A stretch of DNA of 64,000 nucleotides from Candidatus Aminicenantes bacterium (GCA_963702005.1 OY969696.1:1888001-1952000); one strand, 5' to 3'; numbered from the stretch's first letter, positions 19,877 to 31,200 are shown. Numbers and translations: made by a program. The notes: generated by a model not told the origin, from the letters alone.

Positions 19877-21442
19877 ATGAAAATTCTCAGGAACCTCTAT
19901 CCGTTTCTGTACGCCTTGTTTCCCCCTCTCTCCCTCTATACTTACAACATCGAAGAGGTCGAGGTCAGCGTCATCTTCGTCCCGATCGCCGCGGCGCTGG
20001 CTTTGACCGCCCTGTTCTGGCTGGCCGCCCGGGCCTTCGTCCGGGACCGGCGCAAGGCGGCGTTGCTCACCTTCCTGGCGGCCTTCATGGCCCTGTCCTT
20101 CGGCCATTTCCTGAACTTCGTCCGGACGACCCCTCTGGGCAATCCCCGGCTTTCCGTCGTCCTTCCCATGGCCGTCTGGATCCTCCTGTTCGGCGTTCTG
20201 GGAGCGCTCGTTCTTCGGACCCGCAAGGACCTCGGGGCGCTGGTCTCGATCCTGTCGACCTTCGTCCTGCTTTTAATCGTCCTGTCTCTCGTCCAGATCG
20301 GACTTTTTCACTTGGGGTCGCTCCGAAATCGCGCCGCCGACGGGGGCTTAGCCGAGGAAATCAAGACGCTCCAGGCCGGAGCGCCGCCTCGAGACAAGCT
20401 CCCCGACATCTATTACCTCATTTTCGACCGCTACGGCAACGAGGGAGTCCTCAAGGAATACTTCGGCTACGACAATTCGGGGTTTGCCGAGTACCTGACC
20501 CGGAGCGGATTCTACGTCGCGTCGGAGAGCCGCTGCAACTATCCCGGGACCTTCCTGTCCTTGACGAGCTCCCTCAACATGGACTATCTCAACGGCCTCA
20601 TTGAAAAGGGCGCGATCCGCAAACGGGTCATCCTCCGCATGCTCCAGGACTTCAAGGTCTGGCGGCTCCTCAAGCCCCTCGGCTACCGCTACCTCCATCT
20701 TGGTTCTTGGTACGAGCCGACCAAGTCGAACCCGCGGGCCGACCTCAACTTCCAGGGCGCCGGTCTGCTCGGCCTCAACCAGGAATTCCTCCTCAAGTTC
20801 ATCGAGTCGACCGTCTTCAATCCCCTGGCCAAGGGTTCGCTCATGTTTCCCAAGGCCCGCGACAGCATCCTCCAGAAATTCGAGCTCCTGACCAAGATCC
20901 CCGAGATGGAGGGGCCCAAGTTCGTCTTCATGCACATGCTGCTGCCCCATCATCCCTTCGTTTTCGGCCCGGACGGCCGCCTTCCCGACCGGAAGACGGC
21001 CAAGACGAAAACCCAGGACCAGAAGTACATCGACCAGGTCATTTTCGCCAACAGCAAGATCGTGGCCGTCCTCGGCTCGATCCTGGCCAAGTCCAAAACG
21101 CCGCCCATCATCATCGTTCAAGCGGACGAAGGGCCCGGCGACGAGGAAAAGCCCTTGGCCCTCCTGAAGGAGTCCGACTCTAAAATGAGGGCCGTCCTCA
21201 ACGTCCGGATCCGCTGCGGGATTCTGAACGCCTACCACCTTCCCGGCGTAGACGCCAGCGCGCTTTCGCAGACCATCTCCCCGGTCAACACCTTCCGGCT
21301 TATTTTCAACCTCTATTTCGGCGGACGCTACCCGCTCCTCGAAGATAAGACTTTTCACGCGACCCAGGACAAGACGACCGTCAAGGATTTCAAGCTAGTC
21401 CCCGTCAGCCTCTTGGCCGTCTCCCCGAGCCGGACTCCTTGA
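19877..21442 (+). CDS. Membrane-anchored sulfatase-like transferase (NoeB-like position)
   Basis: About 5 TM segments; PDIYYLIFDRY, NYPGTFLSL.S.LN, HMLLPHHPF, IIIVQADEG, SPVNTFR. Confidence 0.75.
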   Translation: MKILRNLYPFLYALFPPLSLYTYNIEEVEVSVIFVPIAAALALTALFWLAARAFVRDRRKAALLTFLAAFMALSFGHFLNFVRTTPLGNPRLSVVLPMAVWILLFGVLGALVLRTRKDLGALVSILSTFVLLLIVLSLVQIGLFHLGSLRNRAADGGLAEEIKTLQAGAPPRDKLPDIYYLIFDRYGNEGVLKEYFGYDNSGFAEYLTRSGFYVASESRCNYPGTFLSLTSSLNMDYLNGLIEKGAIRKRVILRMLQDFKVWRLLKPLGYRYLHLGSWYEPTKSNPRADLNFQGAGLLGLNQEFLLKFIESTVFNPLAKGSLMFPKARDSILQKFELLTKIPEMEGPKFVFMHMLLPHHPFVFGPDGRLPDRKTAKTKTQDQKYIDQVIFANSKIVAVLGSILAKSKTPPIIIVQADEGPGDEEKPLALLKESDSKMRAVLNVRIRCGILNAYHLPGVDASALSQTISPVNTFRLIFNLYFGGRYPLLEDKTFHATQDKTTVKDFKLVPVSLLAVSPSRTP

Positions 21443-21475
21443 GTTCGGGCTATCGGGCTACGAATTCCCGCTGAG

Positions 21476-23578
21476 TCAGGGGTTTCTAGCGTTCGGCGAT
21501 CGAACGGTCGCGGCGCCGCTCGAGAATTTCGTCACAAAAAGATCGAAATCTTTCGCGTACGTCTTCTGATAGGGCTTGAGCACGGGGAAATCGGGGCTGA
21601 TGGTCAAGCCGACCAGATAGATTCCTCCCTTGAGGTCCAGGGCTAGTTTTACTCCGAAATCTATGTATTGACCTCCCAGGTAGGTCGAATAGAGAAGGCT
21701 CTGACCGTTCGCGGCGAGGATCGATAAAAACGCGTCCTGGTTTCCCTTGAGCTTGGTTTGGTAAGGATTTTTAAGGGGCAAGTCGGGGCTTCCCGTGCCT
21801 CCAAAGATATAGACCGCGCCGCTTCCGTCTAAGGCGATGCCCTCCCCAGCGTCATCCCCAGCGCCGCCGAAATAGGTCGAGTAAACGAGCCTCTTTCCGT
21901 CGGGCGAGAACTTCGTCACGAAAGTATCGGCGTTACCCTTGCGGTTCTTCTGGAAAGCGTTTTTAACGGGAAAATTCCCGTTGGTCACGCCGACGACATA
22001 GGCGGATCCGCTGCCGTCAAGAGCCAAACCATACGCATATTCCACGGCCGAGCCTCCCAGATAACTGGAGTAAACAAGGTCTTTTCCGGACGGCGCGAGC
22101 TTCGCGATGAACGCATCCTCATAGCCGCCGAAGTTTTTTTGAAATGCGTTCTTGACGGGGAAATTGTTGCCGTCGGTAGATCCGCAGACATAGACGGAGC
22201 CCGTTCCGTCGACCGCCAGGCCATAGAGATAATCTCTATGCGTGGATCCCAGATACGTCGAATAGACGAGGCTCTTTCCGTCCGGAGTGAATTTTGAGAT
22301 GAACGCGTTATAGGCCCCTGCCAGGGATTTTTGGAATGGGTTCTTGACGGGGAAGTTTTTGCTCGTCGTCGCGCCGCCAACATAGACGGCTCCCGCCCCA
22401 TCGATCGCCAGGGACCCGCTCCAATCATCGCCCGAGCCGCCGAGGAAAGAAGAAAAGGCCAGGCTTTTTCCGCTGGGAGCCAGCTCAAGGAGGAAACCGT
22501 CGCAACGGCCGCCTCCGTACGTCTTCTGGAATGCGTTCTTGACGGGAAAACTGTGGCTAAAGGTGGTGCCCAAGACATAGACAGCTCCGGTCCCCGTCAC
22601 GCCGATCTGGGGGTATCCCCCTTCCCCTCCGCCGGCCGCCGGGAAGAAAGCGGAATAGACAAGGCTCTTCCCGTCCGGCGAGAGCTTCGAGACGAACACA
22701 TCTTTTCTGGGGAGCGTTTGTGAGGTGGGCGGGAAGTCGGAGCTTTCCGTATAACCTACGACATAGACGGCTCCGGTCTTGTCAAGGGCGATGGAGCTGC
22801 CGACATCGAAGCCGTGCCCTCCCAGATATGTCGAGAAGACCAAGACCACGGGGTCGATGACGAGGGCGAAGCGGGCGTTGTATGAGCCGATGGCAAATCC
22901 ATACGCGTCAGTCTCTGTTTTTCGGAACGCCGCCTGGACATCGACTTTGCGGCCGTCGATGATCTGATAGCAGATCGGGCGGCGATGGACGAGCCGGCCG
23001 GACGGAGTCTCGACAATAAGATTCCCCTCCCGGTCCAAACTCGTTTTAGAAACTCCGGAATAGGACCACCGGATACGATCGGGCCGCCCCCCGGCCTTGA
23101 CGATCCAATCGTATTCGACCTGCCGCTCCGCGCCGTAGACCTTGAGGTCGATTCCTTCGTAAAGGCTTTTATAGACAACCGCCCGCGAGGTCGGAAGGTC
23201 CGTCGTCCACTCGGATTCGTCGCTGCCGTAGAAATAACTCACCCGATAGTCCGCCGGGTCCGAGGCCATGACTTCGGCTTTGGTATTGGCGTTTTTGAAA
23301 ATCAATCGGGAAACAGAACAGTCAGCTTTGCCATTGGAAGCCACAAGCGTTCTATCGAACGTTAATCCATCCCCGGTCAGCCATAATGTGTAGCCTTCCG
23401 TTTTCGCGAAGTAGAGCGCTTCCTTGTCCGCCTGCCCTTGGTTGGCGATAAAATACAAGGGAGCGGACCCGAAATTCGGATGGATGCTCAAAGGGGCCAT
23501 GGGCCGGACACCGTCCGAGATAGAGAACGCCATGCCGCCGACAACAAGAAGTCCGAGAAAAATGAAACCCTTTTTCAT
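21476..23578 (-). CDS. Secreted SBBP-repeat beta-propeller protein
   Basis: FIANQGQ, LYEGIDL, VEYDWIV; repeated LVYSTYLGG / DAFI.K units. Confidence 0.9.
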   Translation of the reverse strand: MKKGFIFLGLLVVGGMAFSISDGVRPMAPLSIHPNFGSAPLYFIANQGQADKEALYFAKTEGYTLWLTGDGLTFDRTLVASNGKADCSVSRLIFKNANTKAEVMASDPADYRVSYFYGSDESEWTTDLPTSRAVVYKSLYEGIDLKVYGAERQVEYDWIVKAGGRPDRIRWSYSGVSKTSLDREGNLIVETPSGRLVHRRPICYQIIDGRKVDVQAAFRKTETDAYGFAIGSYNARFALVIDPVVLVFSTYLGGHGFDVGSSIALDKTGAVYVVGYTESSDFPPTSQTLPRKDVFVSKLSPDGKSLVYSAFFPAAGGGEGGYPQIGVTGTGAVYVLGTTFSHSFPVKNAFQKTYGGGRCDGFLLELAPSGKSLAFSSFLGGSGDDWSGSLAIDGAGAVYVGGATTSKNFPVKNPFQKSLAGAYNAFISKFTPDGKSLVYSTYLGSTHRDYLYGLAVDGTGSVYVCGSTDGNNFPVKNAFQKNFGGYEDAFIAKLAPSGKDLVYSSYLGGSAVEYAYGLALDGSGSAYVVGVTNGNFPVKNAFQKNRKGNADTFVTKFSPDGKRLVYSTYFGGAGDDAGEGIALDGSGAVYIFGGTGSPDLPLKNPYQTKLKGNQDAFLSILAANGQSLLYSTYLGGQYIDFGVKLALDLKGGIYLVGLTISPDFPVLKPYQKTYAKDFDLFVTKFSSGAATVRSPNARNP

Positions 23579-23616
23579 TTGTCTCTCCGATCAATGACCA
23601 GTATATACTTTTGCGA

Positions 23617-23689
23617 ATATTAGAACGCCGGTCCCCCTTTGTCAAGGCCCGTTAAAATGTTGACATCGATCCGGGGCCGGGCATATGAT
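23617..23689. promoter_or_regulatory. Back-to-back sigma70-type promoters
   Basis: Minus: TTGACA (23645-23640)-17 nt-TAATAT (23622-23617). Plus: TTGACA (23660-23665)-18 nt-TATGAT (23684-23689). Confidence 0.65.
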
Positions 23690-23712
23690 TTCTCGCAGGG
23701 AGTCTAAGCCTA

Positions 23713-24414
23713 ATGAATAATTTTAATCCTAATTGGCCCATCTATGCGGGAGCCATAGGCGTGTTGCTGGGTCTGTTATTCATTCTGACATTTTTCTACA
23801 GGCGCATTCGCTGGCTGGTCGGGAAAGCCGGCCGAAAGAAAACAGCCTCTCCCAAACTGTGGTCAAGCCTGCGAAACCTTGTCCTCATCTTGCTGTGGAC
23901 CTCCGTATTCGGAATGGTGCTTTTCATGGGGTTTTTCTTCCGGGCCTATCAAGCCTTCACCTACGAAAAGCCCGTCGCCAGAGTTGTCACGCAGGCAGGG
24001 GAGCCCGGCGGCAGAAACATGCTGACGCTGACTCAATTCGGGCCCGCTGGGGCCGAAACCATAAGACAATATCCCATCAAGGGCGACCAGTGGATGCTTG
24101 AGGGGGATATTCTGAAATGGCCCAACTGGCTGAATTTTTTAGGCAAGCACACCCGTTTCCGATTGACCCGACTCAGGGGACGTTACATTCAAGCCAAGGA
24201 CGAGCTCTCCAAAGAGGCGACCGTCTATCCTCTTGTCCGGGATGAGGACCATCCGCTCTGGAGATATCTATACAAGTTCGGCCATAAGACGCCCTTTGTC
24301 AGCACGGTCTATGGAAATTCCGTTTTTCAAACGGCCGGAGAAAACGACCGTTTCCTGGTTTACGTCGGGACGTCCGGATTCATCGTGAGACACGAAGAGC
24401 CGCCGCGGCGATGA
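23713..24414 (+). CDS. Conserved hypothetical membrane protein
   Basis: Two TM helices, then YQAFTYEKPVA, GDQWMLEGDILKW, RLTRLRGRY, VSTVYGNS. Confidence 0.7.
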   Translation: MNNFNPNWPIYAGAIGVLLGLLFILTFFYRRIRWLVGKAGRKKTASPKLWSSLRNLVLILLWTSVFGMVLFMGFFFRAYQAFTYEKPVARVVTQAGEPGGRNMLTLTQFGPAGAETIRQYPIKGDQWMLEGDILKWPNWLNFLGKHTRFRLTRLRGRYIQAKDELSKEATVYPLVRDEDHPLWRYLYKFGHKTPFVSTVYGNSVFQTAGENDRFLVYVGTSGFIVRHEEPPRR

Positions 24415-25462
24415 ACGCCTCGGGGTTGATGATCATGTAGAGGCCGTTCTTGAGGTAAGCGGAGGAATAGGCCCGGCTCAAGATCTCTGTTCGCGTCAGA
24501 CTCGGATCGACCTGCCAGCCGAGGGCCAGGACGCCGGCCAGGACCGGAACCGTCCAGCTTAGGCCGCCGCGTCCCGTGTAAAAATAAGAGCAATCCCCCT
24601 TGTTATATTCTTCGGCCAGAGTCCGGCGGACGCTCGGGATGTGGATGGCCTCCGGGTCGGGGAAATAAGTTTGACCCGGGAAGCCCAGCCGGCACTTGGA
24701 GAGGTCGTCCGGAGCGTTCAGGTCGTAGTAGGCGGCGTTCGTGACGCAGTGGTCCTCCGTGCAGTCCAAGACCAGGATACCGGCCCGTTCGGCCTTAGCC
24801 CTGGCGTTTATCCAGGCCTGCGGATTCTTATAGAGCGTGCCGGCGCCCGAGGGTGCGGCGGAGACCGAGACGGCCCGGATCTTTGAGCCTGCCGGAAGCT
24901 TGGCGTTTTCGGCGACGATCCAGTTCAGGGCGTTTCCATAATAACGGGCGTCGGCCAGCCAGGAGGGGACGGCCGCGAAGTAGATCCGGGCGCCCGGGGC
25001 GGCCCCGATATGGGTCCCGATCAGAAGGCTGGTGACGGCGGGGCCGTGCATGCTTCCCTCATTGGAGGATGTTCCGGTGCCGAAATCCTTGTACTTGATG
25101 ATCTTGCCGGCGAACTCGGGATGGTCCAGGCACATGTTCTGGTCGATGATGGCCACCGTGACGCCGGAACCGGTGATGCCGCGGGAATGGATGCTCCGGA
25201 GCTTGAGGCCCGGATTCTTGCCTTTGCGGAGGACGTTCCCGGCGGCGGCCGCCGTGGTCGTATCCGGCCAGACGGTCTTTTCGTTGAACCACAGCGTCTT
25301 GATGATGGAGGCGTCTACGGTCCAGCCGAGTTTTTTCAGGTCTTTATCGCGGACGTCCTCATAGGGTTTGACGGCTCGCGCCTCAGCCTGAATGACAGCG
25401 GCGCCGACGGCCAAGACGAGAAGGAAGGGACGAATACGCTGAGGGAAATTGATTTTAAACAT
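24380..25462 (-). CDS. S8 subtilisin-like serine peptidase
   Basis: GITGSGVTVAIID, DHPEF, HGPAVTS, GAAPGA, GGLSWTVP; signal peptide. Confidence 0.8.
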   Translation of the reverse strand: MFKINFPQRIRPFLLVLAVGAAVIQAEARAVKPYEDVRDKDLKKLGWTVDASIIKTLWFNEKTVWPDTTTAAAAGNVLRKGKNPGLKLRSIHSRGITGSGVTVAIIDQNMCLDHPEFAGKIIKYKDFGTGTSSNEGSMHGPAVTSLLIGTHIGAAPGARIYFAAVPSWLADARYYGNALNWIVAENAKLPAGSKIRAVSVSAAPSGAGTLYKNPQAWINARAKAERAGILVLDCTEDHCVTNAAYYDLNAPDDLSKCRLGFPGQTYFPDPEAIHIPSVRRTLAEEYNKGDCSYFYTGRGGLSWTVPVLAGVLALGWQVDPSLTRTEILSRAYSSAYLKNGLYMIINPEAFIAAAALRVSR

Positions 25463-25575
25463 TGTTGAAAAATATTATACTGTTTCCGGCCGATGGCCGC
25501 CATCAATAATAATGAATACCCCTTCCCGCCAAGGACGTCAGGAAGAAAATCTACCGGCCGGCGTCCAAATAGTGC

Positions 25576-25630
25576 CTGACGCGGACCTGAAAATGAATTC
25601 AGTTGAAACGGGTGCCGAAATGGATATATT
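25576..25630 (+). promoter_or_regulatory. Putative OmpR/CusR-family operator and -10 for the tolC operon
   Basis: ctgac-N6-ctgaa-N6-ttcag (25576-25602), then TATATT at 25625-25630. Confidence 0.6.
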
Positions 25631-25699
25631 AATTCTTTTTAGGCCCCGCCTCAGGCCCTGCGGAAGACGCGGAGTTCCGGGACCGAGTCAGGCGTTTTA

Positions 25700-27127
25700 G
25701 TGAAAACGAATCCGTTGCTCAAAATTGTCGGCTTGACCATTGTCCTGTCGATCGCGCCTTGCTGCGTCCGCTTTCACCCCAAACCCATCGTTCCGGCCAA
25801 AACCATGGAGGAGTTCGAGACCCGGAGGCTCGATGCGCCTGAGCTGGGGGATTTCCTTCTCCAAAACCGGGAGGCCAAGGATTGGCCTCCGGCCGTCTGG
25901 GACCTCAAATCGCTGACTCTCGCGGCGCTTTTTTATCACCCCGACATGGACATCGCCCGCGCCCAGTGGGGCGTCGCCCGGGCCGGCCGGATCAGCGCCG
26001 GAGAGCGGCCCAACCCGGCCCTGAATCCGCTGATGGGATATAACGCCACGACGCCGACGAGCGAGATCACTCCCTGGATTCCCGAGATTACCCTGGAGAT
26101 CCCGATCGAGACCGCGGGCAAGCGTGGAATCCGAATCGCCGAAGCCCGGCATCTCTCCGAGGCGGCTCGCTGGAACATCCTGTCCGCGGCCTGGGACGTT
26201 CGCAGCCGTCTGCGCGGCGCTCTTCTCGAGTTCTACGCGGCCGGCGAGATCGCATCCCTCCTTTCGGATCAGGAAAAGCTCCAGGCGGAAATCAGTCGGC
26301 TCCTCGAGATCCAGAAGGAGGCCGGGGAGGCTTCGGTTTATGATGTCACCCAAGCCCGGCTCGCGCTCGGCGGCAGCCGGCTGGCCGCTATCGAAGCCGC
26401 CCGGGCCAAGGAAGATGCACTGGCCCGCCTGGCCGCCGCTCTCGGGCTGCCGCGGCAGGCCCTGGACGGCGTCAATCTCTCCTTCGATTGCTTCCGCGAG
26501 CCCGTTTCCGACCTCCCGGCGGCCGAGATCCGCCGCCACGCCTTGCTCAATCGGTCGGACATCCTGGCCTCGCTCTCCGAATACGCGGCCAGCCAGTCCG
26601 CCCTGCAGCTCGAAATCGCCAAGCAGTATCCCGATTTCAGCCTCGGTCCCAACTTCCAGCTCGACCAGACCGACGCCAAATGGACGATCGGGTTGACCCT
26701 CGACCTCCCCATCTTCAGCCGCAACCGGGGCCCGATCGCCGAAGCCGAGGCCAGGCGCCAGGAAAGCGGCGTCCGCTTTCTGGCCCTCCAATCCCAGGTC
26801 ATCGGCGAGCTCGACGCCGCGGTTCAGGACTGCCGTTCGGCCCTTCTGAAATCCAAGGCGGCCGACGATCTCCTGGTCAACCTGACCAAACAGGAGGCGG
26901 CGGCCCGGGCCCGGCGAGAGCTCGGCGAGATTTCCAAGCTGGAGCTCCTGGGCGTCCAGCTCGAGCTCAACGCGGGCGCCCAAGCCCGGCTGGAGGCCCT
27001 GGTCCAGGTTCAAGAAGCGATCGGGCGGCTGGAGAACGCGGCCCAGAGCCCGCTCGACGTCAAGGATTGGATCTATACAAAAACAGCCGGGGATTCCGGG
27101 CCGGAGAAGGAGCGCAAGGATGACTAA
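25700..27127 (+). CDS. TolC-family outer-membrane efflux protein
   Basis: Probable lipoprotein signal; HPDMDIARA, IPIETAGKR, QYPDFSLG, LDLPIFSRNRGPI. Confidence 0.9.
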   Translation: MKTNPLLKIVGLTIVLSIAPCCVRFHPKPIVPAKTMEEFETRRLDAPELGDFLLQNREAKDWPPAVWDLKSLTLAALFYHPDMDIARAQWGVARAGRISAGERPNPALNPLMGYNATTPTSEITPWIPEITLEIPIETAGKRGIRIAEARHLSEAARWNILSAAWDVRSRLRGALLEFYAAGEIASLLSDQEKLQAEISRLLEIQKEAGEASVYDVTQARLALGGSRLAAIEAARAKEDALARLAAALGLPRQALDGVNLSFDCFREPVSDLPAAEIRRHALLNRSDILASLSEYAASQSALQLEIAKQYPDFSLGPNFQLDQTDAKWTIGLTLDLPIFSRNRGPIAEAEARRQESGVRFLALQSQVIGELDAAVQDCRSALLKSKAADDLLVNLTKQEAAARARRELGEISKLELLGVQLELNAGAQARLEALVQVQEAIGRLENAAQSPLDVKDWIYTKTAGDSGPEKERKDD

Positions 27128-28196
27128 ACGCCAGGTCATAACCGGATTGATCATTCTGGCGGTTGTCGCGGCGGCCGCCCTGGTTCTCATCCATAGGCTC
27201 GGGTCCCGAGCCGCCGGGGAGGAGGAAGAAATCGTCACGGATGTCGCCGTCCACGTCGGAAAGATCGTCCGGGCGACGCTCCACCGATATGTGGCGGCTT
27301 ACGGAACGGTCGAGCCGGAGCCTCCGGGAGAGGGAAAGCCCGCCGCCGGAGCTTATCTATCGGCTCCGCTGGGAGGCATCCTCGCCGAGATCCGCTGCAC
27401 GGAAGGCGGCTTGGTCGAGAGCGGCGCGGTCCTCTTCCGCCTCGATACGCGTTTGGCGGAGATCGCCGTCGCCAAAGCCCGAAAGGAGATGGAATTCGCC
27501 GAGCAAACGTACGAGCGCCAGAAGAAGCTCCTAGCGGCCGACGGCACGTCGCAGAAATCATTCCAGGAAGCCGAGCTGCAGCTCAACGCCGCCCGGAACG
27601 AGCTGACCGCGGCCCAGACGGAATTGTCCCTCCTCGAAATCAAGGCGCCTCTGGCCGGGACGGTGATCCGGATCAACGCCCGGCTCGGCCAGTCCGTCGA
27701 GCCAAACGCGGTCCTGGCCGAAGTCATCGCCCTCGACCGCCTCGTCGTGACGGCTCAAGTTCCCAGCCGGGAAGCCGGCCTGCTCAAGCCCGGCCAGCCG
27801 GTGGATTTCGGCTCGGGGAGTGCGATCGCCGGGAAGCTAACCGTCGTCGGCAAGGACATCGATCCCCGGACCGACACGGTCCTCGTCCGGGCAGCCATCC
27901 CGGCGGGGGCGGGATTCCAGCCGGGCGAGTTCCTGAACATCAGGATCGTCGCCGAGGAGCGCCGCGACGTCCTGGCCGTCCCCGAGGAGAGCGTCGTCCC
28001 CGGACCCGAAGGCGGGACCGTGCTCATGATGATCGAGGGCGATAGAGCCGTCCCGAAACCGGTCAAGGCCGGCCTGCATGACGCCGGACTGGCGGAAGTC
28101 GAAGGCGAGGGACTGAAGGAAGGCCTGGTCATCGTCACGACGGACGCCTACAACATCAGCGGGGAAACGAAAATCCACATCATCGAGGCCCGATAG
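27120..28196 (+). CDS. RND efflux membrane fusion protein
   Basis: N-terminal TM helix, lipoyl halves (SAPLGG; IKAPLAGTV), VLAVPEESVV. Confidence 0.9.
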   Translation: MTKRQVITGLIILAVVAAAALVLIHRLGSRAAGEEEEIVTDVAVHVGKIVRATLHRYVAAYGTVEPEPPGEGKPAAGAYLSAPLGGILAEIRCTEGGLVESGAVLFRLDTRLAEIAVAKARKEMEFAEQTYERQKKLLAADGTSQKSFQEAELQLNAARNELTAAQTELSLLEIKAPLAGTVIRINARLGQSVEPNAVLAEVIALDRLVVTAQVPSREAGLLKPGQPVDFGSGSAIAGKLTVVGKDIDPRTDTVLVRAAIPAGAGFQPGEFLNIRIVAEERRDVLAVPEESVVPGPEGGTVLMMIEGDRAVPKPVKAGLHDAGLAEVEGEGLKEGLVIVTTDAYNISGETKIHIIEAR

Positions 28197-28201
28197 TTTT
28201 C

Positions 28202-31200
28202 ATGAGCAAGGATTCCGCCCTTGGCCGGTTCGCGACCCGCCACGCCCTCCCGATCGTTTTTATCAGCGCCGCCCTGTGCCTTACCGGCGTCTATGCGGCC
28301 CTGACCTTGCCGTCATCGGTTTTCCCCCAGACGAATTTCCCGCGTGTCGTCATCATCGTGGACAACGGCGTCATGCCGGCCGACGAGATGATGGCGACCA
28401 TCACCCGGCCCATCGAAGAGGGCATGAAGGACATCCCCGGGGTCGTCACGATCCGCTCGGCCACCGGGCGCGGCTCGGCGGAGGTCAACGTCTTCTTCAA
28501 CTGGAAAGTCGATATGATCCAGTCCGAGCTCTACGTCCTGGGCCGGCTGTCCCAGATCCGGGCCTCGCTGCCGTCCACGGCCGAGGCCGACGTCTACCGG
28601 GTGACCTTCTCGAACTTCCCCATCATCGGCGTCAGCTTGACGAGCCCCCGGCGCGACCTGACCAAACTCTGGGAGATCGCCCGCTACGAGCTCAAGCCGC
28701 GTTTCCTCCAGATACCCGGGATCGCCCGGGTGGACCTCATGGGGGGGCGCACGCCCGAATTCCACATCGTGGTCGACCCTCTGCGCCTCCAGGCGGCCGG
28801 CCTGACTCTGACCCAGGTCACGGAGGCTTTGAACAAGAACAACCTGGTGACCTCGACGGGGCTCCACGAGGAAAACCGGATGCTCTACCTGGCCGTCGTC
28901 GACGGTCGCGTTCACTCGATCAAGGACATCGAAAATTTCCCCATAACGGTCGTGGGCCGCCATCCGGTCCTCATCCGCGATTTCGCTCGAGTCGTCCGCG
29001 GCCCCGAGCCCGTGTTCAACGTCGTTACCGCCGACGGCCAGGAAGCCGTGCTGCTCAACATCTACAGCCAGCCGGACGGAAGCACGCTCGACATCGCCAA
29101 GCGCTTAACGGCGGACCTGAAAGTCTTCAGAGCCGAGCTGCCGTCCGACTTGAAACTCGTGTTTTTCTACGATCAGTCTCTCTTGGTCAGGGCCTCCGTC
29201 CAAAGTGTCTGGGAGGCCATCATCTTCGGCCTGGTCCTGTCGGTCCTCATCCTCTACTTCTTCCTGAAGAGCTGGAGGACCACGTTCGTGGCGATCCTGG
29301 TCATCCCGGTCACCGTCCTGGTCACTCTCATCTCCATCAAGGCCGCCGGGCTTTCCTTCAACCTGATGACGTTGGGTGGGATTGCGGCCGCAATCGGCCT
29401 CGTCATCGACGACGCGATCGTCGTCGTCGAAGCGATCCACACCAAACGCAAGTCCGGCCGGGACCGGCTGACGGCCATCCGCGAGGCCATTAGCGAGATT
29501 CTCCGCCCCTTGGTCGGCTCGACACTGACGCCGGTCGTTGTTTTCATACCCCTGGCCTTCCTGGCTGGCGTCACGGGCGTTTTCTTCCGAGCCCTGGCCT
29601 TGACCATGGTCGTCGCCCTCCTGACCTCTCTGGTGCTGGCTGTAGCCCTGACGCCCTCCCTGGCCGCCTGGCTGCTCCGCACCCGGAAGGACGAACCGGT
29701 CGGGCTCCATGAGGAGCACGGCGGTCCTCTCCTGCAACGCGTCATCGGGATCTACGAGAGGGGGGTGCGGATCGCGCTCAAACGCCCGTGGCTGACCATC
29801 GCCGTCTGCGCCGGCGTCCTGCTGGCGGCGATCGCCCTTTACCGGGGGCTCGAGAGCGAGTTCCTGCCGCCCATAGACGAGGGTGGATTCGTCATCGATT
29901 ATCTCACGCCGCCGGGGACGAGCCTGGCCGAAACCCACCGCCAGCTCCAGTACGCCGAGGATATCATCCGCTCCCTCCCCGAGCTCGAGAGCTATTCCCG
30001 CCGCACCGGATCCCAGCTGGGCCTGTTCATCACCGAGCCGAACAACGGTGATTTCGTTCTCAAGTTGCGGTCCGACCGGAAGCGGACGACGGCGGAAATC
30101 CTCTCCGAATTGAGGCATAAGCTCAACGCCGCCCTGCCCGACATCATCTGGGAATTTCCGGGCATTCTGGGCGACGTCATCGGCGACCTGATGTACGCGC
30201 CCCAGCCGATCGAGGTCAAGCTTTTCTCAACCGATACGGCTTATCTGAAAGAAAAAGCCCCCCAAGTCGCCGAACGGCTGGGCAAGATCTCGGGTGTCGT
30301 AGACGTTTTCAACGGCCTGATCTACACCGGGCCGACCATCAGTTTTCGCGTCCGCTATGTCGACGCGGAGCGTTTCGGCCTGACCGCCGAAGATATCGCC
30401 GCCGCGGTCAACACGGCCATGCTGGGGCAGACGGCCTCGACCGTCCTCGAAGGAGACCGGGTAGTGGCCATCCGCGTCAAGGCCGATCCGTCGGGTATCG
30501 ACAGGCTGGAGAAGCTCCGCCACCTGCCGCTCCGGGCCGCGGACGGGACCCTGATCCAATTGTCTCAGGTCGTGGACGCGGTCGAGGAGCCGGGTCAGCT
30601 CGAGCTGCGGCGCGACGGCTTCCGCCAGGACGTGGCCGTCACGGCTCGGCTTGAAGGTAGAGACTTGGGGAGCGCTATGGCCGAGATCCGCCGCGCTCTC
30701 GGCAAGGATGAAACCCTCCCGCCGGGGGTGATCGAGTATGGCGGCCTCTACCAGCAGCAGCAAGAATCCTTCCGTAACCTTATGATCGTCCTGCTGATGG
30801 CCATCTTCTTCGTCTTCACCGTGCTGCTCCTCGAATTCGGCTCGTTTTACGAGCCCCTGGCCATCGTGTTCGGCGCGGTGCTGGCCATGTTCGGAACCAT
30901 TCTCGCCCTGTGGATCACGGGGACGTCCCTGAACGTCGTTTCGCTGCTGGGGGCCATCATCGGGGTCGGCATCGTCGCCAAGAACGGGATTCTGATGCTG
31001 GATTTCGTCAAGGCGCTCCGAGCCCAGGGGTTGGACCTGGCCGAGGCGCTGGTCCGTTCGGGGCGGCGCAGGCTGCGGCCCGTCCTGATGACGTCGCTGG
31101 CCGCGGCCCTGGGGATGCTGCCCCTGGCCTACGGCATCGGCTCGGGCGCCGATATGCTGAAGCCCCTGGCCATCGCGGTCATCGGGGCCCTTTGCATCTC

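Noticed and set aside
21476-22900. CRISPR-like or DGR-like repeats
   Set aside because: The repeats are degenerate in-frame SBBP propeller blades; no spacers, cas genes or reverse transcriptase.
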